DNA from: Eledone cirrhosa | Lineage: Eukaryota | Reading direction: 5' to 3' | Length of the DNA: 64,000 nt | NCBI GenBank assembly: GCA_964016885.1 | Contig: OZ024740.1 | Coordinates: 92,442,001 to 92,506,000 of the forward strand | Part shown: positions 1 through 12,957 of the stretch, one piece after another | How positions within the stretch are numbered: the first letter of the stretch is position 1 | How the letters are laid out: each line of letters opens with the position of its first letter | Made by a program: the position numbers and the translations under genes | Notes under the pieces: generated by a model | What the model saw: only the letters and a program-made list of their open reading frames with translations | Told to the model about the DNA's origin: nothing | Databases searched by the model: none

Positions 1-1796
1 CTCATAGTTCGGCACATAAACTTGAATCCTAGCTAGGTGACTGACAATGAGGTATTGTCCCTGTAGGTAGCATAGCTGAGAAAATATTGACCCTGCCGCA
101 AATCTTTGAGCCATTTTTACCATTATTTTCAAGAAGCATATGGTTTATACGTGATACTCGAAAAGGCATACGTTATTATTTTACCCCAATTTTTGTGACA
201 ATTTCTCCAGAGGCATGGGATCGATTGAGGCTCCTTGCTCCCTTGGTGTCTCCCTTTATATTCTCTAGAATTTTTGTTCTAAAAATAATTTAGGTTTCGG
301 ACTACACCGAGTTTGAGTATTGTTATAATTTCTTTTCGCAATCTTCATGAATATCATTACCATGACCAGCTGGGACAAAGATGGCATCAATACCGACAGG
401 TATATTATCAGTCGATTTGCTAACGCACACTGAATTTTCTCCTTAAATCGACGAAATGTGGTATATGAGGTGCACAGAATAGATTTGTTTTCGAGTGCTG
501 CATTGCAGGTATGAATATCAGTTACGCCTATTCAGCAAATCAGCGCTTTGCGTTCTGTGAGTAATTGAAGTTACCCTGAAGGAGGTGGGGAATTTAATGT
601 ATCTCGGCAACATTTTAATATGTAATGGTTGACGGGATGCTATATTCAATGTAAGCATTCCTGGAGCCGTGGCAGCAATGCGCCGGCTCCAGAAATTGGT
701 CAGCAGAATAAGGGAGGTGGCTGTCAAAGGCAGACGCGTTATTGTCAAGTTGATGATCGTGACTGCCCTTACATATACTACTGAATATTGATGACTGCCC
801 AAAAATATTTTTCACGAATAAAAGCAGCTGAAATGAGATTCCTCCGAAGTTTATTTTGAGTAACTTTTTAATAGTTCGTAATACCTACATCAGGGTGTCG
901 TTTCTTGTAGAAAGGGTATTATTGTTGATATCTCCGGTAGTATATAAATCTGGATGGAATGTCTAAGAAAATAATAACTAGATAGTTTTTGAGCGCAAGG
1001 CCAACCATCAAAAGTTCTAGGCGTATAAAATAAAATACATTATATACCCAAAATATAGCACGAATTATTTCATACGTAGAGTGAGATACAAAGTCATTAA
1101 TTTTGATAATGAGATGATAACATAGTACTGGATGAAACAAAATCGTAAATATAAATTTGGTTTAAGTTCCTTCAAGAATCCAACGCATTTGTCCGCTACT
1201 TGAAACGTTTAGATTGTTCAGTTGAATATGATCAGCAAAATAAAATTACAAAAATTGTAAACACGAGGGCAGTAAAAAAGTAATACAGTAATGAGACATA
1301 TCTGCCTAAAATGCCACTTCATCTTGGACTGTAGAATTTCTCATTCAGAAGGTGCGCTCATACCATGCATTGTTGTAGTCTAAATATTTATATTTTATGC
1401 ATGTTTCACTCATATGGGAATATATACAGACGTTCGTCCTCCGGCAACACCACACTCGATTACTGCTATTTTTCAATAGACGGACTTCTAGCAGAGCAGC
1501 CATTTTCATCTAAGTTCCTTTATTCATATATCTGAAAGAAATCACAATTAGATATAATACTACCACGTATTTTTACAAATACATATAAACAATATACTGT
1601 TATTTATAGTAGAGTATTCAAGTGACCGTTCTTATCTTCTCCAGTAAAGAAATATAAAGTACCTTGCGAAATATACACATCCAGGGACTTCCAATAATGA
1701 CTTTTGTTCTTTCTGTCACTCAATATATATCTGCAAGTGGACATGTGTATATATATAGAGAGAGAGAGAATTACCTTTTCAACTAGACGAAGCTGT

Positions 1797-1990
1797 GTTG
1801 GTGGCTTGGCAGTATCGGTAGAGGGTCGGACGCCATGCTTTCCAGCATAGTTACGTCCCTTTGCGGTCTGAGTTCAAATCCCACCGAGGTTAACTTTGCC
1901 TTTCATCCTTACGGGGTCGATAAAATAAAGTACCAGTAATGCACTGGGTAATTGATGGCCTTGTGCGAAAAGTAGAAACAGTTATTATTT
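1797..1990 (+). mobile_element. tRNA-derived SINE
   Basis: A-box-like TGGCTTGGCAGTATCGG, B-box GAGTTCAAATCC, central GCCTTTCATCCTTACGGGGTCGATAAAATAAAGTACCAG domain and a TTA-rich tail. Four further copies occur in the window. Confidence 0.85.
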
Positions 1991-2064
1991 ATAGTTCCAA
2001 GGCAAGGAAAAGATTTACTACTAAGCAAACATTTCAAAGGGGGATAATTTTGAGAAAACGATAA

Positions 2065-2995
2065 TATATAATGAATATAATCTGAGTTTTTGGAGTATTA
2101 ATAATAACATTCGATTCGTTTGCAATTATGTAAACAAGCCTCAATGTTATAGCCATGTCAGTAAAATGAACACTTCATTCTTGCTGTTCTGTTGGCATGT
2201 GAACAGAACTGCAGATACTAATTTTTCTGGGTATACCCTTCATCAGTACAGCTCGCTCTTCACCTGCCAAACTGTCAGAGCTAGTGTAAATATATGCTAT
2301 TTTCAAAAATAGACAGTGATTGATCGGCCTGATTTGCATATTAGCAGACTGTACTGATGAAGTGTGATGCCCAGAAACATTAGTGTCTGCAGTTCTGTTC
2401 ACATGCCAACACAAGAGCAGGAATGAAGGGTTCATTCTACTGACATGTCTGTAAAATTGAGGCTTGTTTGCATAATTGCAAACCAATCGAATGTTATTAT
2501 TAATATTCGAAAATCACAGATTACATTTATTGTATTCAGCCATGTAGGGCGAAACCAAATTCTTTTTTATTTGAATTTGGCAAAGCATACCATTTATCGC
2601 TCGTATACAGGAAACTGACTGGCCAGTCTGCTAATATGCAAATCTGGCTGATCAGTGGATCTGCTAATATGCAAATCTGACTGATCAGCCAGCCTGCTCA
2701 TATTCAAATGAGGCCGATCAGTCACTGTGAATTTTTGAAAATAGCATATATTTTAACTAGCTCTGACAGTTTGGGAGGTGAACAGTGAGCTGTACTGATG
2801 AAGGGTGATACCCAGAAACATTAGTGTCTGCAGTTCTGTTCACATGCCACCATAAGAGCAAGAATGAAGTGTTCATTCTACTGACATGGATATAAAATTG
2901 ATGCTTGTTTGCATAATTGCAAACGAATCGAATATTATTATTAATATTCGAAAATCTCAGATTATATTTATTGTATGCAGCCATGTAGAGCGAAC
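2065..2995. repeat. Local repeat cluster: one unit plus two inverted copies, with short octamer-containing (ATGCAAAT) subrepeats
   Basis: 2085-2350 is the reverse complement of both ~2350-2550 and ~2690-2990. CTGCTAATATGCAAATCTG is repeated at 2628-2700. Confidence 0.8.
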
Positions 2996-3492
2996 AGATT
3001 TTCTTTTTTATAATAATATATAAGATGACTTATAAAATGACAATCAATCAATCATTTGGTGGTCTCCCCACAGCCCCGGTGGACAGAATGGAGATTATTT
3101 CCTCTAAACTAACTTTAGAGCTTCTCCATCAGTCAAATTAAAAATACATATTTGAATATGACCCCTAAAAGTATATTACATATTTATACTGCACTGTTTG
3201 GATTAATTTCATGAAATAGAAGCCTCTACCACAACACATAAATGCTGATTGGTCAACACCCATCAACAACATATCATCTCATCTCTAGAATGTTGAGACC
3301 TCAACTCAAGCGCTTATGATTTCTCTGTAATTTTGAATGCAGAAAACAGTAAAGCTATATATTTTTCAAATTACCAATTCAGATTTGTGCGACAGCTTAA
3401 ATCTGTAGGTAAGTACGAATCATAATTATTATTGATTTTCAACATTTTAAACTCCATAATTTTCACACAAACACTGTCCCCAAATCTCTCTC

Positions 3493-3561
<69 letters not shown>

Positions 3562-4429
3562 TTCCTGTGTGCGATTGTGTGCGTGTCTTTGTATTTAATT
3601 ATATCATGTGTTGCATCGTTAAATTATCTTCTTGAACTTTGTAAATGATTCATCATTATTCGTCAATGGATCTCTAAAACCATATATATCTTTCACACTT
3701 TCTCTATTTTCATTTGTTTTCAAACTAGAGTTCAAGAAGACCATTATATCAGTGAGATACTTCAATATAAACCGAAATAAATAGAGTGTTTAAAGGAATA
3801 TCACCTCTCCCCTGTTGCGCTGGAAATATTTCAAGTTGAATAGATGCCAGATAGAGATATTTGAAATTCTTTTATATTCGAATATACGAAACCGAATTTA
3901 ATCTTACACAAAATATTTGGAACAAAATTAACCTTGCAATGAACATATTCGTATAAAAAAATAAAGATACACGTGTTGAAAACTACATCAAAAGAGAAAA
4001 GCATATAATTGAGTATCATATTCCAAAACCCTAACCTCCTAGGTCAATTGGCAGCATAAAATGAAATATTAGCGATAAGCTTCAAGCTGCAATGTCAAAT
4101 GTAATTTGGCCAAGAATATTTTCATTATTTGTTATCAGATTGCTACGAGATATTTTAGTTGCCAATTAAGCAAATCTAATAAATATTGGATTTTCATTGA
4201 CTCTTATCTAGAAAATTTAACAGATACACATAAACCTATATTTCACACAAACTTTTCACACTCATACACACACATGCATACATAAACACATACATACACA
4301 CATGAATACATGCTCACATACATACTTCGTGTTTGTATTTCAGTGGTATGAGTATAGATGCAAAATCGTGTATTGAAAGAGATATTATTAGACTTTGGGA
4401 GGCTATTTTATCAATAACACACGCGCACC

Positions 4430-5200
4430 GGTTAATATTTACTTTCATTTCATTAATAGTCAGTTAACTCATCCATTCCTGGGTGAGTTTAATAACAGAA
4501 TGAGGATGTGGATGTCATAGATAATTGCCACTCCCCTTCGTCTCAATAACTATTCCTGCTCGTCGCTGTCTCGTCGTAATTGTTACCATGTTCTACTCAT
4601 TCTGTCTCTGTAGTGTGGAAGTTGTTTGAATCTACCTTTGCTTTTTGTCTTGGTGCGTGCTTTCTGTGCTGCTATTTTCACAGGCTTCTGTGTTTGGCAT
4701 GTATACGAAATTGTCTATATATTTCTGCGTTTGAATGTGATTTTATATTTTCTTTCTCCTCCAATTTATTTTTATTTTTCATTTTCCTTTTACTGTCTCT
4801 TTCTCATCAGTCGTTATTATTTTTTTTTACATTCTATGGAATATGGATTTATCTGTCTTTGTGCAATACATTGTAGTGTTAAACATCACTATATTGTCAT
4901 GAGGTGCTATGATAAACGGTATATGCTCTTTATAGCATAAGGTATACTTTCAGTTGTGTAATACTTCTCATCGTCTGTCCGTTGGACATCTAAGGTATAT
5001 ATCTCAGGGTTTCGTTGTAAGCAACTATCTGCTACCATTGCTTGTTGGTAGAACATTAATGAGCCTCTCTAGAAATTGAATTCCTTTAGGTGCTCCTTCA
5101 TCTATTCTAATATGCTACAAATCGTTTATCTTTGTATGTCGAGCACGTTCTTGTATATTGTATCTATACATTTCACTTCTAGATTTACAGTCCATGTGTG
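4430..5200 (-). pseudogene. Degenerate 3' remnant of an RLE-type non-LTR retrotransposon (R2/NeSL-like)
   Basis: Manual minus-strand translation gives LINVLPT...C...HDNIV, resembling the CCHC/RH region. Many stops. Confidence 0.35.
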
Positions 5201-5707
5201 AAATTAATTTACAGAATATATTAATACAGCTTCACCAGAAAGCATCATTTCATAAATGTTCCAGTTCTGAAGAATATACCGAGAAATCCCCTTTATTTAC
5301 AGAAATGATATAATATGTATAACTGCAAGCAAATACACTCTCAATAGAGTGCGTGAATAGAATAACAACAATCACACAATCTAGTGATTGATGAGAATAA
5401 ATATAAAAAAATGTATAGACAGATATGAAAACCCACTCGATAGAATTTAGAAATAAAATAATAACTAACTTGTGAGCAACGAGAGGGAATATTAAACAAT
5501 CAGATTCACAAACGCATACAAAAATGGAAAGTGAAGAAACGGAGCATAAAGTGAAACATATACGCACAGACAAATATATACATGTAGATACCATTAAATG
5601 ACATACTCTGAGATGAATTAGACGATTAAATAACTAAATCCATTAGTTATTTAACTGAAACACACAATGTGTGTCTGTTTTTATCTGTAAAATACCAATC
5701 TAAAAGT

Positions 5708-5741
<34 letters not shown>

Positions 5742-5743
<2 letters not shown>

Positions 5744-8190
5744 CGAAAGAAATGTGGTAAGGAACCAGGTGGACCATAACGTACCAAAGTACTCAATACT
5801 TAGAGTAGTAGAGTGGGTAATAGAATCAAGTAAGACCCCGACTGCTGAGCTCAAGCCGTTTCGACGGCTAATTCTGGACTGAATGAACATTTATTCTGGT
5901 ATTCAAATAGCCGAGGTTATCAAGGGTAATTCAATATATGGTCAAATAAATAATCACCAGGATTGGTCACATCACAAGTTAGTAGTAAATCTGTGATGGC
6001 CCATTGGTGGGGGAAGGGGTAGCTGAACCTGCCGGTAGGAGAAAAGGGAAGAGGGAGTGGAGTAGACCCATTCATGTGTTGGTAGTGCCGGCTACAGCTG
6101 GGTGTGAGGTCAAAGAGGATACTGGGGAGGGGGAGGGGAGGAAGTCAAAACGGTAAGTAGAACAATGAATGGTAAAACTATAAAAAGTACTGAGAGAGAA
6201 AAAAAAAAAGCAAACTCTGGTTACTAAGACATAAGACTCTCGCTATTGCTAGGCTAAAGAAATACATAAATAAATAAATAAACAAATAAGTGAATAAAAG
6301 AATAGATAAATAAATAAAAAAAAATATTTATATATAATGAAGAATAAAAAAATAAATAAAAATAAACTAGGTGGGACGCAAATAAAGGGACCCTTATACT
6401 AGGTATAAGTGCGTGTATTGTCCGGTGACGGGTCAAAAAAAGGGGGGGGGGGGGCAAAATACTAAAGAGACTACCACGAAATAATAAAGGTTTCTACCCC
6501 AACCACAGGGCCAGCAACCACCCAGAGCAAGAAAGTAAACTAGTACGAGAATATAATTCAGGGTCCCGCAAAAAAATACTCGTGCTAACTCTAAGGGTAC
6601 CGCCACGAAACAAAAAGTCTTATACAAGCTACATGAAAGATCGTACGAAATAAAAGTAAAGAACGGAAAATTAATACAGAAACAACCCTACCCCCCCCCC
6701 CCCCCCCCCAAAAAAAAAGGGAAAAAGAGGAAAGAAATACTGGATAAACGAGAAATTAAAGCAAAGATGCCACTAAGAAATATAGAAGGCACGGAAAAAA
6801 TGTGCAGCGGTCGGAGAAGGGGGTAAGTATCCGAAGTCTAACACCTCTGCTATAAAAAGCGGAGTCAGCCAAATCTTTCATAGAATAGGGGAGGGCGGGG
6901 CGCTGAAGCTACAAGGGACCGAGGGGCTACCTCGGGTGGGCGAGAAAAAGACGACGACAAAGAAAGGGAACTGGGGTAGAAGGACTAGGGAGGGATGGGG
7001 TGAAGGAGGAAATATAGAGGAAGCGATAAAAGAATGTAAAACAAGATCTTACGTCTCCATTGGCATTCAGGGGTTACCCCTTACAAAATAGGCAAGTGGG
7101 GTGTTATAGCCCTAGTCTACCCACCCAGGGTCATTATGGGGTTTGAGGATGAGGTAAGTCCTACGTAATCGGTGTTTACATGCAGTAACCAGTTCATCTT
7201 TCTTGTTTAGGAGATGGTCCGTCGAAAACAGCATTTGTAAAGTTTCCTCCGACCATAAATTGCACGGACGGCGTCCTCCCGTGTAAGAGTTGGCTCTGGA
7301 CAGTAATTTCCAAGTGAGATCATAGTTGATGTTGTTGTCCTTGAGGTCTCATATGTGGCCCGAAAGTGTAGTGGCGTGACGCCGGGCCGGGTTTCGGAAG
7401 GTATGTCTGTGTTGGTATAGCCGGATCTTGCAGTCACATGCAGTTAATCCTATATAAGCTTTGTTGGAGGTGTCCGTGCTCACGTTGCACTGGTAGATCA
7501 CATTACGGTCTCTGCATCTGTTGTCGAGGGGGCAACTGGATCTATCAGGACAGTTACACCTCCTGGTCGGCTCTCCACTACTATTTAGGTTGTTTCTTCC
7601 ATCGGGGTTGAGTTTGTTGTTGTTAGAGGAGACGATGTTTTGTGCGAAGTTAGGTGTAGTGCTGTAAGAGAGTTTGATGGTATTTTGGTTAATTATGTTG
7701 TGGTAGAGGTGTTGTGGTGGGAATTGTTTTTCAATGAGCCTAAAGAAAATTTTCCCGATGGGAGTTGTCACATCGGCGTTGTGGGGAGGATTGATCCATG
7801 TTACATTGCTTGAGCGGCGGTGTCGCCTGCTGGTTCCGCTAATGGGAGCTGGGCAGTAGGATATTTCCTCCCGGAAGCCACTCCGCTTGAGGGCCTGGTT
7901 GTATTAAGGCGCATGTTCATCGAATATCTTCTCATTAGCTGACAAACGGGATATGCGGAGGGAGATGTTTTTGATAAGGTTGTTGGTGATGTTCCTAGGA
8001 TGGTTAGATCGGCGGTGAATGTAGTGCAGGTTGTCATTGGGTTTCCTGTATGGGTAGTACATGTCATTATTGAGATCGAGGGTAACGGCCAGGAAATAAA
8101 CTTGGGTCAGGGACGTTTGTAGAGTTATTTTAAATCCCCAGTGGCGGAAGAAGCTGATTAATTGTTTACGGACCCGATCTGTTCTACTGT
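5742..8190 (-). mobile_element. Naiad-type PLE, copy A (5'-truncated, inverted)
   Basis: Reverse complement of ~11880-14307. Encodes CNCPDRSSCPL...VIYQC...YIG (ORF 7349-7771). Its 3' end CTTTCGTTA joins (TA)n at 5712-5741. Confidence 0.92.
5835..5927 (-). ncRNA. Type I hammerhead ribozyme, U3-A8 core variant
   Basis: Minus strand: ACCC TTGATAA cctcggcta...tagccgtc GAAA CGGCT tgagctc AGCAG TC GGGGT. Confidence 0.75.
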
Positions 8191-8193
8191 ACT

Positions 8194-8350
8194 ACTCTGT
8201 TAAGTTGCTACGGAGTTTTTGTAGGAATCAGTTATGTCTGGGTTTGAATTTAAGGTTCTTGACCAATTGGAAGAGGTCATTCTCGAAGGGTGAGAGCAAA
8301 GGGTTCGGGGTGGGGGGATTTGTAGGTAATAAATCCTAATCTCTCCTTCC
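8194..8350 (-). mobile_element. Internal fragment of the same Naiad at the inversion junction
   Basis: Reverse complement of ~10954-11108. Confidence 0.85.
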
Positions 8351-8354
8351 GAGA

Positions 8355-9336
8355 TAATTTCCTGAACGTTAAACTCGATCTCAATAATGACCTGTACTAC
8401 CCATACAGGAAACCCAATAACAACCTGCACTATATCCACCGCCGATCTAACCATCCTAGGAACATCACCAACAACCTGGTCAAAAACATCTCCCTCCGCA
8501 TATCCCGTTTGTCAGCTAATGAGAAGATATTCGATGAACATGCGCCTTACTCCAACCAGGCCCTCAAGCGGAGCGGCTTCCGGGAGGTAATATCCTACTG
8601 TCCAGCTCCCATTAGCGGAACCAGCAGGCGACACCGCCGCTCACGCAATGTAACATGGTTCAATCCTCCCCACAACGCCGATGTGACAACTCCCATCGGG
8701 AAAATTTTCTTTAGGCTCATTGAAAAACAATTCCCACCACAACACCTCTACCACAACATAATTAACAAAAATACCATCAAACTCTCTTACAGCACTACAC
8801 CTAACTTCGCACAAAACATCGTCTCCTCTAACAACAACAAACTCAACCCCGATGGAAGAAACAACCTAAATAGTAGTGGAGAGCCGACCAGGAGGTGTAA
8901 CTGTCCTGATAGATCCAGTTGCCCCCTCGACAACAGATGCAGAGACCGTAATGTGATCTACCAGTGCAACGTGAGCACGGACACCTCCAACAAAGCTTAT
9001 ATAGGATTAACTGCATGTGACTGCAAGATCCGGCTATACCAACACAGACATACCTTCCGAAACCCGGCCCGGCGTCACGCCACTACACTTTCGGGCCACA
9101 TATGGGACCTCGAGGACTACAACATCAACTATGATCTCACTTCGAAATTACTGTCCAGAGCCAACTCTTACACGGGAGGACGCCGTCCGTGCAATTTATG
9201 GTCGGAGGAAACATTACAAATGCTGTTTTCGACGGACCAACTCCTAAACAAGAAAGATGAACTGGTTACTGCATGTAAACACCGATTACGTAGGACTTAC
9301 CTCATCCTCAAACCCCATAATGACCCGGGGGCGTAG
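8355..9336 (+). pseudogene. C-terminal RT thumb, CxC-x5-CP zinc motif and GIY-YIG endonuclease of the PLE ORF
   Basis: ORF 8509-9336: RNVTWFNPP, TIKLSYS, CNCPDRSSCPLDNRC, VIYQC...YIGLT, CNLW, LLNKKDELVTACKH. Confidence 0.9.
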
Positions 9337-10512
9337 ACTAGGGCTATATCACCGCACTTGCCTATTTTGAAAGGGGTAACCCCTGCTTGCCAATGGAGAC
9401 GTAAGATCATCTTTTACATTCCTTTATCGCTTCCTCTATATTTCCTCCTTCCCCTCATCCCTCCCTAGTCCTTCTACCCCAGTTCCCTTTCTTTGTCGTC
9501 GTTTTTTCTCGCCCACCCGAGGTAGCCCCTCGGTCTCTCGTAGCTTCAGCAACACCACCCCCTCCCTTATTCTATGATAGATTTGGCTGACTCCGCTTTT
9601 TATAGCAGATGTGTTAGACTTCGGTTACTTGTCCCCTTCTCCGACCGCTGTGCCTTTTTTCCGTGCCTTCTATATTTCTTAGTTGCATCTTTACTTTAAT
9701 TTCTCGTTTATCCAGTATTTCTTTCCTCTGTTTCCCTTTTTTTTTGAGGGGGGGGGGGGTGTTTCTGTATTAATTTTCCGTTCTTTACTTTTACTTCGTA
9801 CGATCTTTCATGTAGCTTGTATAAGACTTTTTGTTTCGTGGCGGTACCCTTAGAGTTAGCACGTGTATTTTTTTGCGGGACCCTGAATTATATTCTAGTA
9901 CTAGTTTACTTTCTTGCTCTGGGTTGTTGCTGGCCCTGCGATTGGGGTAGAAACCTTTATTATTTCGTGGTAGTCTCTTTAGTATTTTGGCCCCACCCCT
10001 TTGTTAACCCGTCACCGTACGATACACGCACTTATACCTCGTATAAGGGTCCCTTTATTTGCGTCCCACCTAGTTTATTTTTATTTATTTTTTTATTCTT
10101 CATTATATATATTTTTTTAAAAATTTATTTATCTATTCTTTTATTCACTTATTTGTTTATTTATTTATTTATGTATTTCTTTAGCCTAGCAATAGCGAGA
10201 GACTTAAGTCTTAGTAACCAGACTTTGCTTATTTTTGTTTCACTCTCCGTACTTTATATAGTTTTACCCTACATTGTTCTACTTACCGTTTCGACTTCCT
10301 CCCCCTCGCCCTCCCCAGTATCCTCTTTGACCTCACACCCTGCTGTAGCCGGCACTACCAACGCATGAATGGGTCTACTCCACCCCCTCTCCCCTTTTCT
10401 CCTACCGGCAGATTCAGCTAGCCCTTCCCCCACCAATTTGCCATCACAGATTTACTACTAACTTGTGATGTGACCAATCCTGGTGATTATCTCTTTGACC
10501 ATATATGGAATT

Positions 10513-10606
10513 ACCCCTTGATAAGGTCGGCTATTTAAATACCAGAATAAATTTTCATTCAGTCCAGAATTAGCCGTCGAAACGGCTTGAGCTCAGCCGT
10601 CGGGGT
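10513..10606 (+). ncRNA. Type I hammerhead ribozyme, U3-A8 core variant, extended stem II
   Basis: Stem I ACCCC/GGGGT; core TTGATAA; stem II GGTCGGCTA...TAGCCGTC; GAAA; stem III CGGCT/AGCCG; GUC triplet, predicted cut after 10601. Confidence 0.85.
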
Positions 10607-10791
10607 CTTACTTGTTCCTATTGCCCACTCTACTACCCTATGTATTGAATACTTTCGTGCGTTATGGTCCACCTGGTTCCTTACCACATTTCCTTCGTTA
10701 TCTAGCTCCTATCCCCGTAGTAGAGCACTCTCCGACCTTACCACGCCGTATCCAGTCTTTTCCGCTAAGCTCAATTTCTTTCACTCGCACC

Positions 10792-12957
10792 ATGCGAAAA
10801 CACAACATCGACTTCTCCACCAAGAACATCCCAATCCCACCGAAAAATCTTTACCTTCGGATGCTCACGCAATAAATCGATCTATTTGCGAAAAGACTTA
10901 GATGGAGAACTTTTTTCTACGACATATTTTGCGACTATCAGGACTTCGGTACCAAGGAGAGATTCGGATTTATTACCAACAAATCCCCTCCCCCCGAACC
11001 CTTTGCTCTCACCCTTCGAGAATGACCTCTTCCCACTGGTCAAGAACCTTAAATTCAAACCCAGACACAACCGATTCCTACAAAAACTCCGTAGCAATTT
11101 AACAGAGTATGATAACACCAATGACATCATGGTGCATTCGGATAAAACTGGGAACCTATACTTTGTCAACCCCGACAGATACCACACACTGTTCAGGAGT
11201 AGCCTAAACTCCATCTGTAAAAAGGCTAGCCACTCATGCATCGAGGACATTAATCGAGATGGAAAACAAATTAACTCCAGCCTCGGGGTCGCCGACCGCC
11301 CCGAACCCCTAGACACACGGACACCCTACTTCACACTGAAGGACCACAAATCCGATTTCGACCGTAAACCATCTATCAGGCTTATAAACACAACGAAGTC
11401 CGACATAGGGAGAATCAGCCAAAAATCCTAGACCGCGAGATACCAAAAGTCAAGCAACACGCCCGACTTAGCCTATGGATAAACACCCAGGAATTTATCT
11501 CATGCTTCAGCAATATGGAGGATAAACGAGACACTAAATTTATCCAGTTCGACATAGAGAGCTACTATGCTTCTATCACCTTACCGCTACTTACTGCCGC
11601 CTTGGACTTCGCCGAAGCACTCGTGCCCATCACCGACCAGAAAAGAAAAATCATCCTCCACGGCAGGAAGACAGTCTTACTCTTTGACAACTCCAAATGG
11701 ATAAAAAGAGCTCCCGACTCACCCTTCGACGTCAGCATGGGGTCTACGGATTCGGCGGAGGTCACAGATCTTATAGGATTATTCCTTATAGCCAAACTCA
11801 CCGATATGTTTCCTGCTTTCGGTGGTGGATTGTACCGTGATGATGGGCTCCCTACCCTTAAATGGTACAACCCCGGTAGTACAGATCGGGTCCGTAAACA
11901 ATTAATCAGCTTCTTCCGCGACTGGGGATTTAAAATAACCCTACAAACGTCCATGACCCGAGTTAATTTCCTGGACGTTACCCTCGATCTCAATAATGAC
12001 CTGTACTACACCATACATGAAACCCAATGACAACCTGCACTTCGTCCACCGGCGATCTAACCATCCTAGGATGATCACCAACAACCTGGTCAAAAACATC
12101 TCCCTCCGCATATCCCGTTTGTCAGCTAATGAGGAGATATTCGATGAACATGCGCCTTACTACAACCAGGTCGTCAAGCGGAGCGGCTTCCGGGAGGAAA
12201 TATCCTACTGTCCAGCTCCCATTAGCGGATCAGCAGGCGACACCGCCGCTCACGCAATGTAACATGGTTCAATCCTACCCACAACGCCGATGTGACAACT
12301 ACCATCGGGAAAATTTTCTTTAGGCTCATTGAAAAACACTTCCCACCACAACACCGCTACCACAACATAATTAACAAAAATACCACAAAACTCTCTTACA
12401 GCACTACACCTAACTTCGCACAAAACATCGTCTCCTCTAACAACAACAAACTCAACTCCGATGGAACAAACAACCTATATAGCAGTGGAGAGCCGACCAG
12501 GAGGTGCAACTGTCCTGATAGATCCAGTTGCCACCTCGACAACAGATGCGGAGACCGTAATGTGATCTACCAGTGCAACGTGAGCACGGACACCTCCAAC
12601 AAAGCTTATATAGGATTAACCGCATGTGACTTCAAGACCCGGCTATACCAACACAGACATACCTTCAGAAACCCGGCCCGGTGTCACGCCACCACACTTT
12701 CGGGCCACATATGGGACCTCAAGGACAACAACATCAACTATGATCTCACTTGGAAATTACTGTCCAGAGCCACCTCTTACACGGGAGGACGCCGTCCGTG
12801 CAATTTATGGTCGGAGGAAACTTTACACATGCTGTTTTCGACGGACCAACTCCTAAACAAGAAAGATGAACTGGTTACTGCATGTAAACACCAATTACGT
12901 AGGACTTACCTCGCCCTCAAACCCCATAATGACCCGGGGGGGGGGGGGGTAGACTAG
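10792..12957 (+). pseudogene. PLE RT + GIY-YIG polyprotein (~720 codons) with frameshifts and stops
   Basis: MRKHNIDFSTKNIPIP N-terminus, SDKTGNLY, TLKDHK, RLINTTKSDIGRIS, FDIESYY, MGSTDSAE, LYRDDGL, VNFLDVTLDL, GIY-YIG. Split over ORFs 10612, 10886, 11515, 11996 and 12292. Confidence 0.92.

Larger units (their letters stand above)
8355..10700 (+). mobile_element. Naiad-type PLE, copy B (5'-truncated)
   Basis: Starts in the RT 'NFLDV' region and matches 11963-14307. Carries a ~1.35 kb 3' region ending in the HHR-bearing pLTR. Confidence 0.93.

Noticed and set aside
87-1140. Short ORFs at the window start (possible exon or transposase/helicase relic)
   Set aside because: No motif I could confidently assign.
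9318-9347. ATGA-CCCGG...CTAGGG hairpin at the ORF end as a SECIS
   Set aside because: Helix too short, no 3' GA and no apical AA.
9817-10368. 183 aa hydrophobic ORF in the Naiad 3' region (putative ORF2 or membrane protein)
   Set aside because: T-rich low-complexity sequence, and the frame is not preserved in copies A and C.
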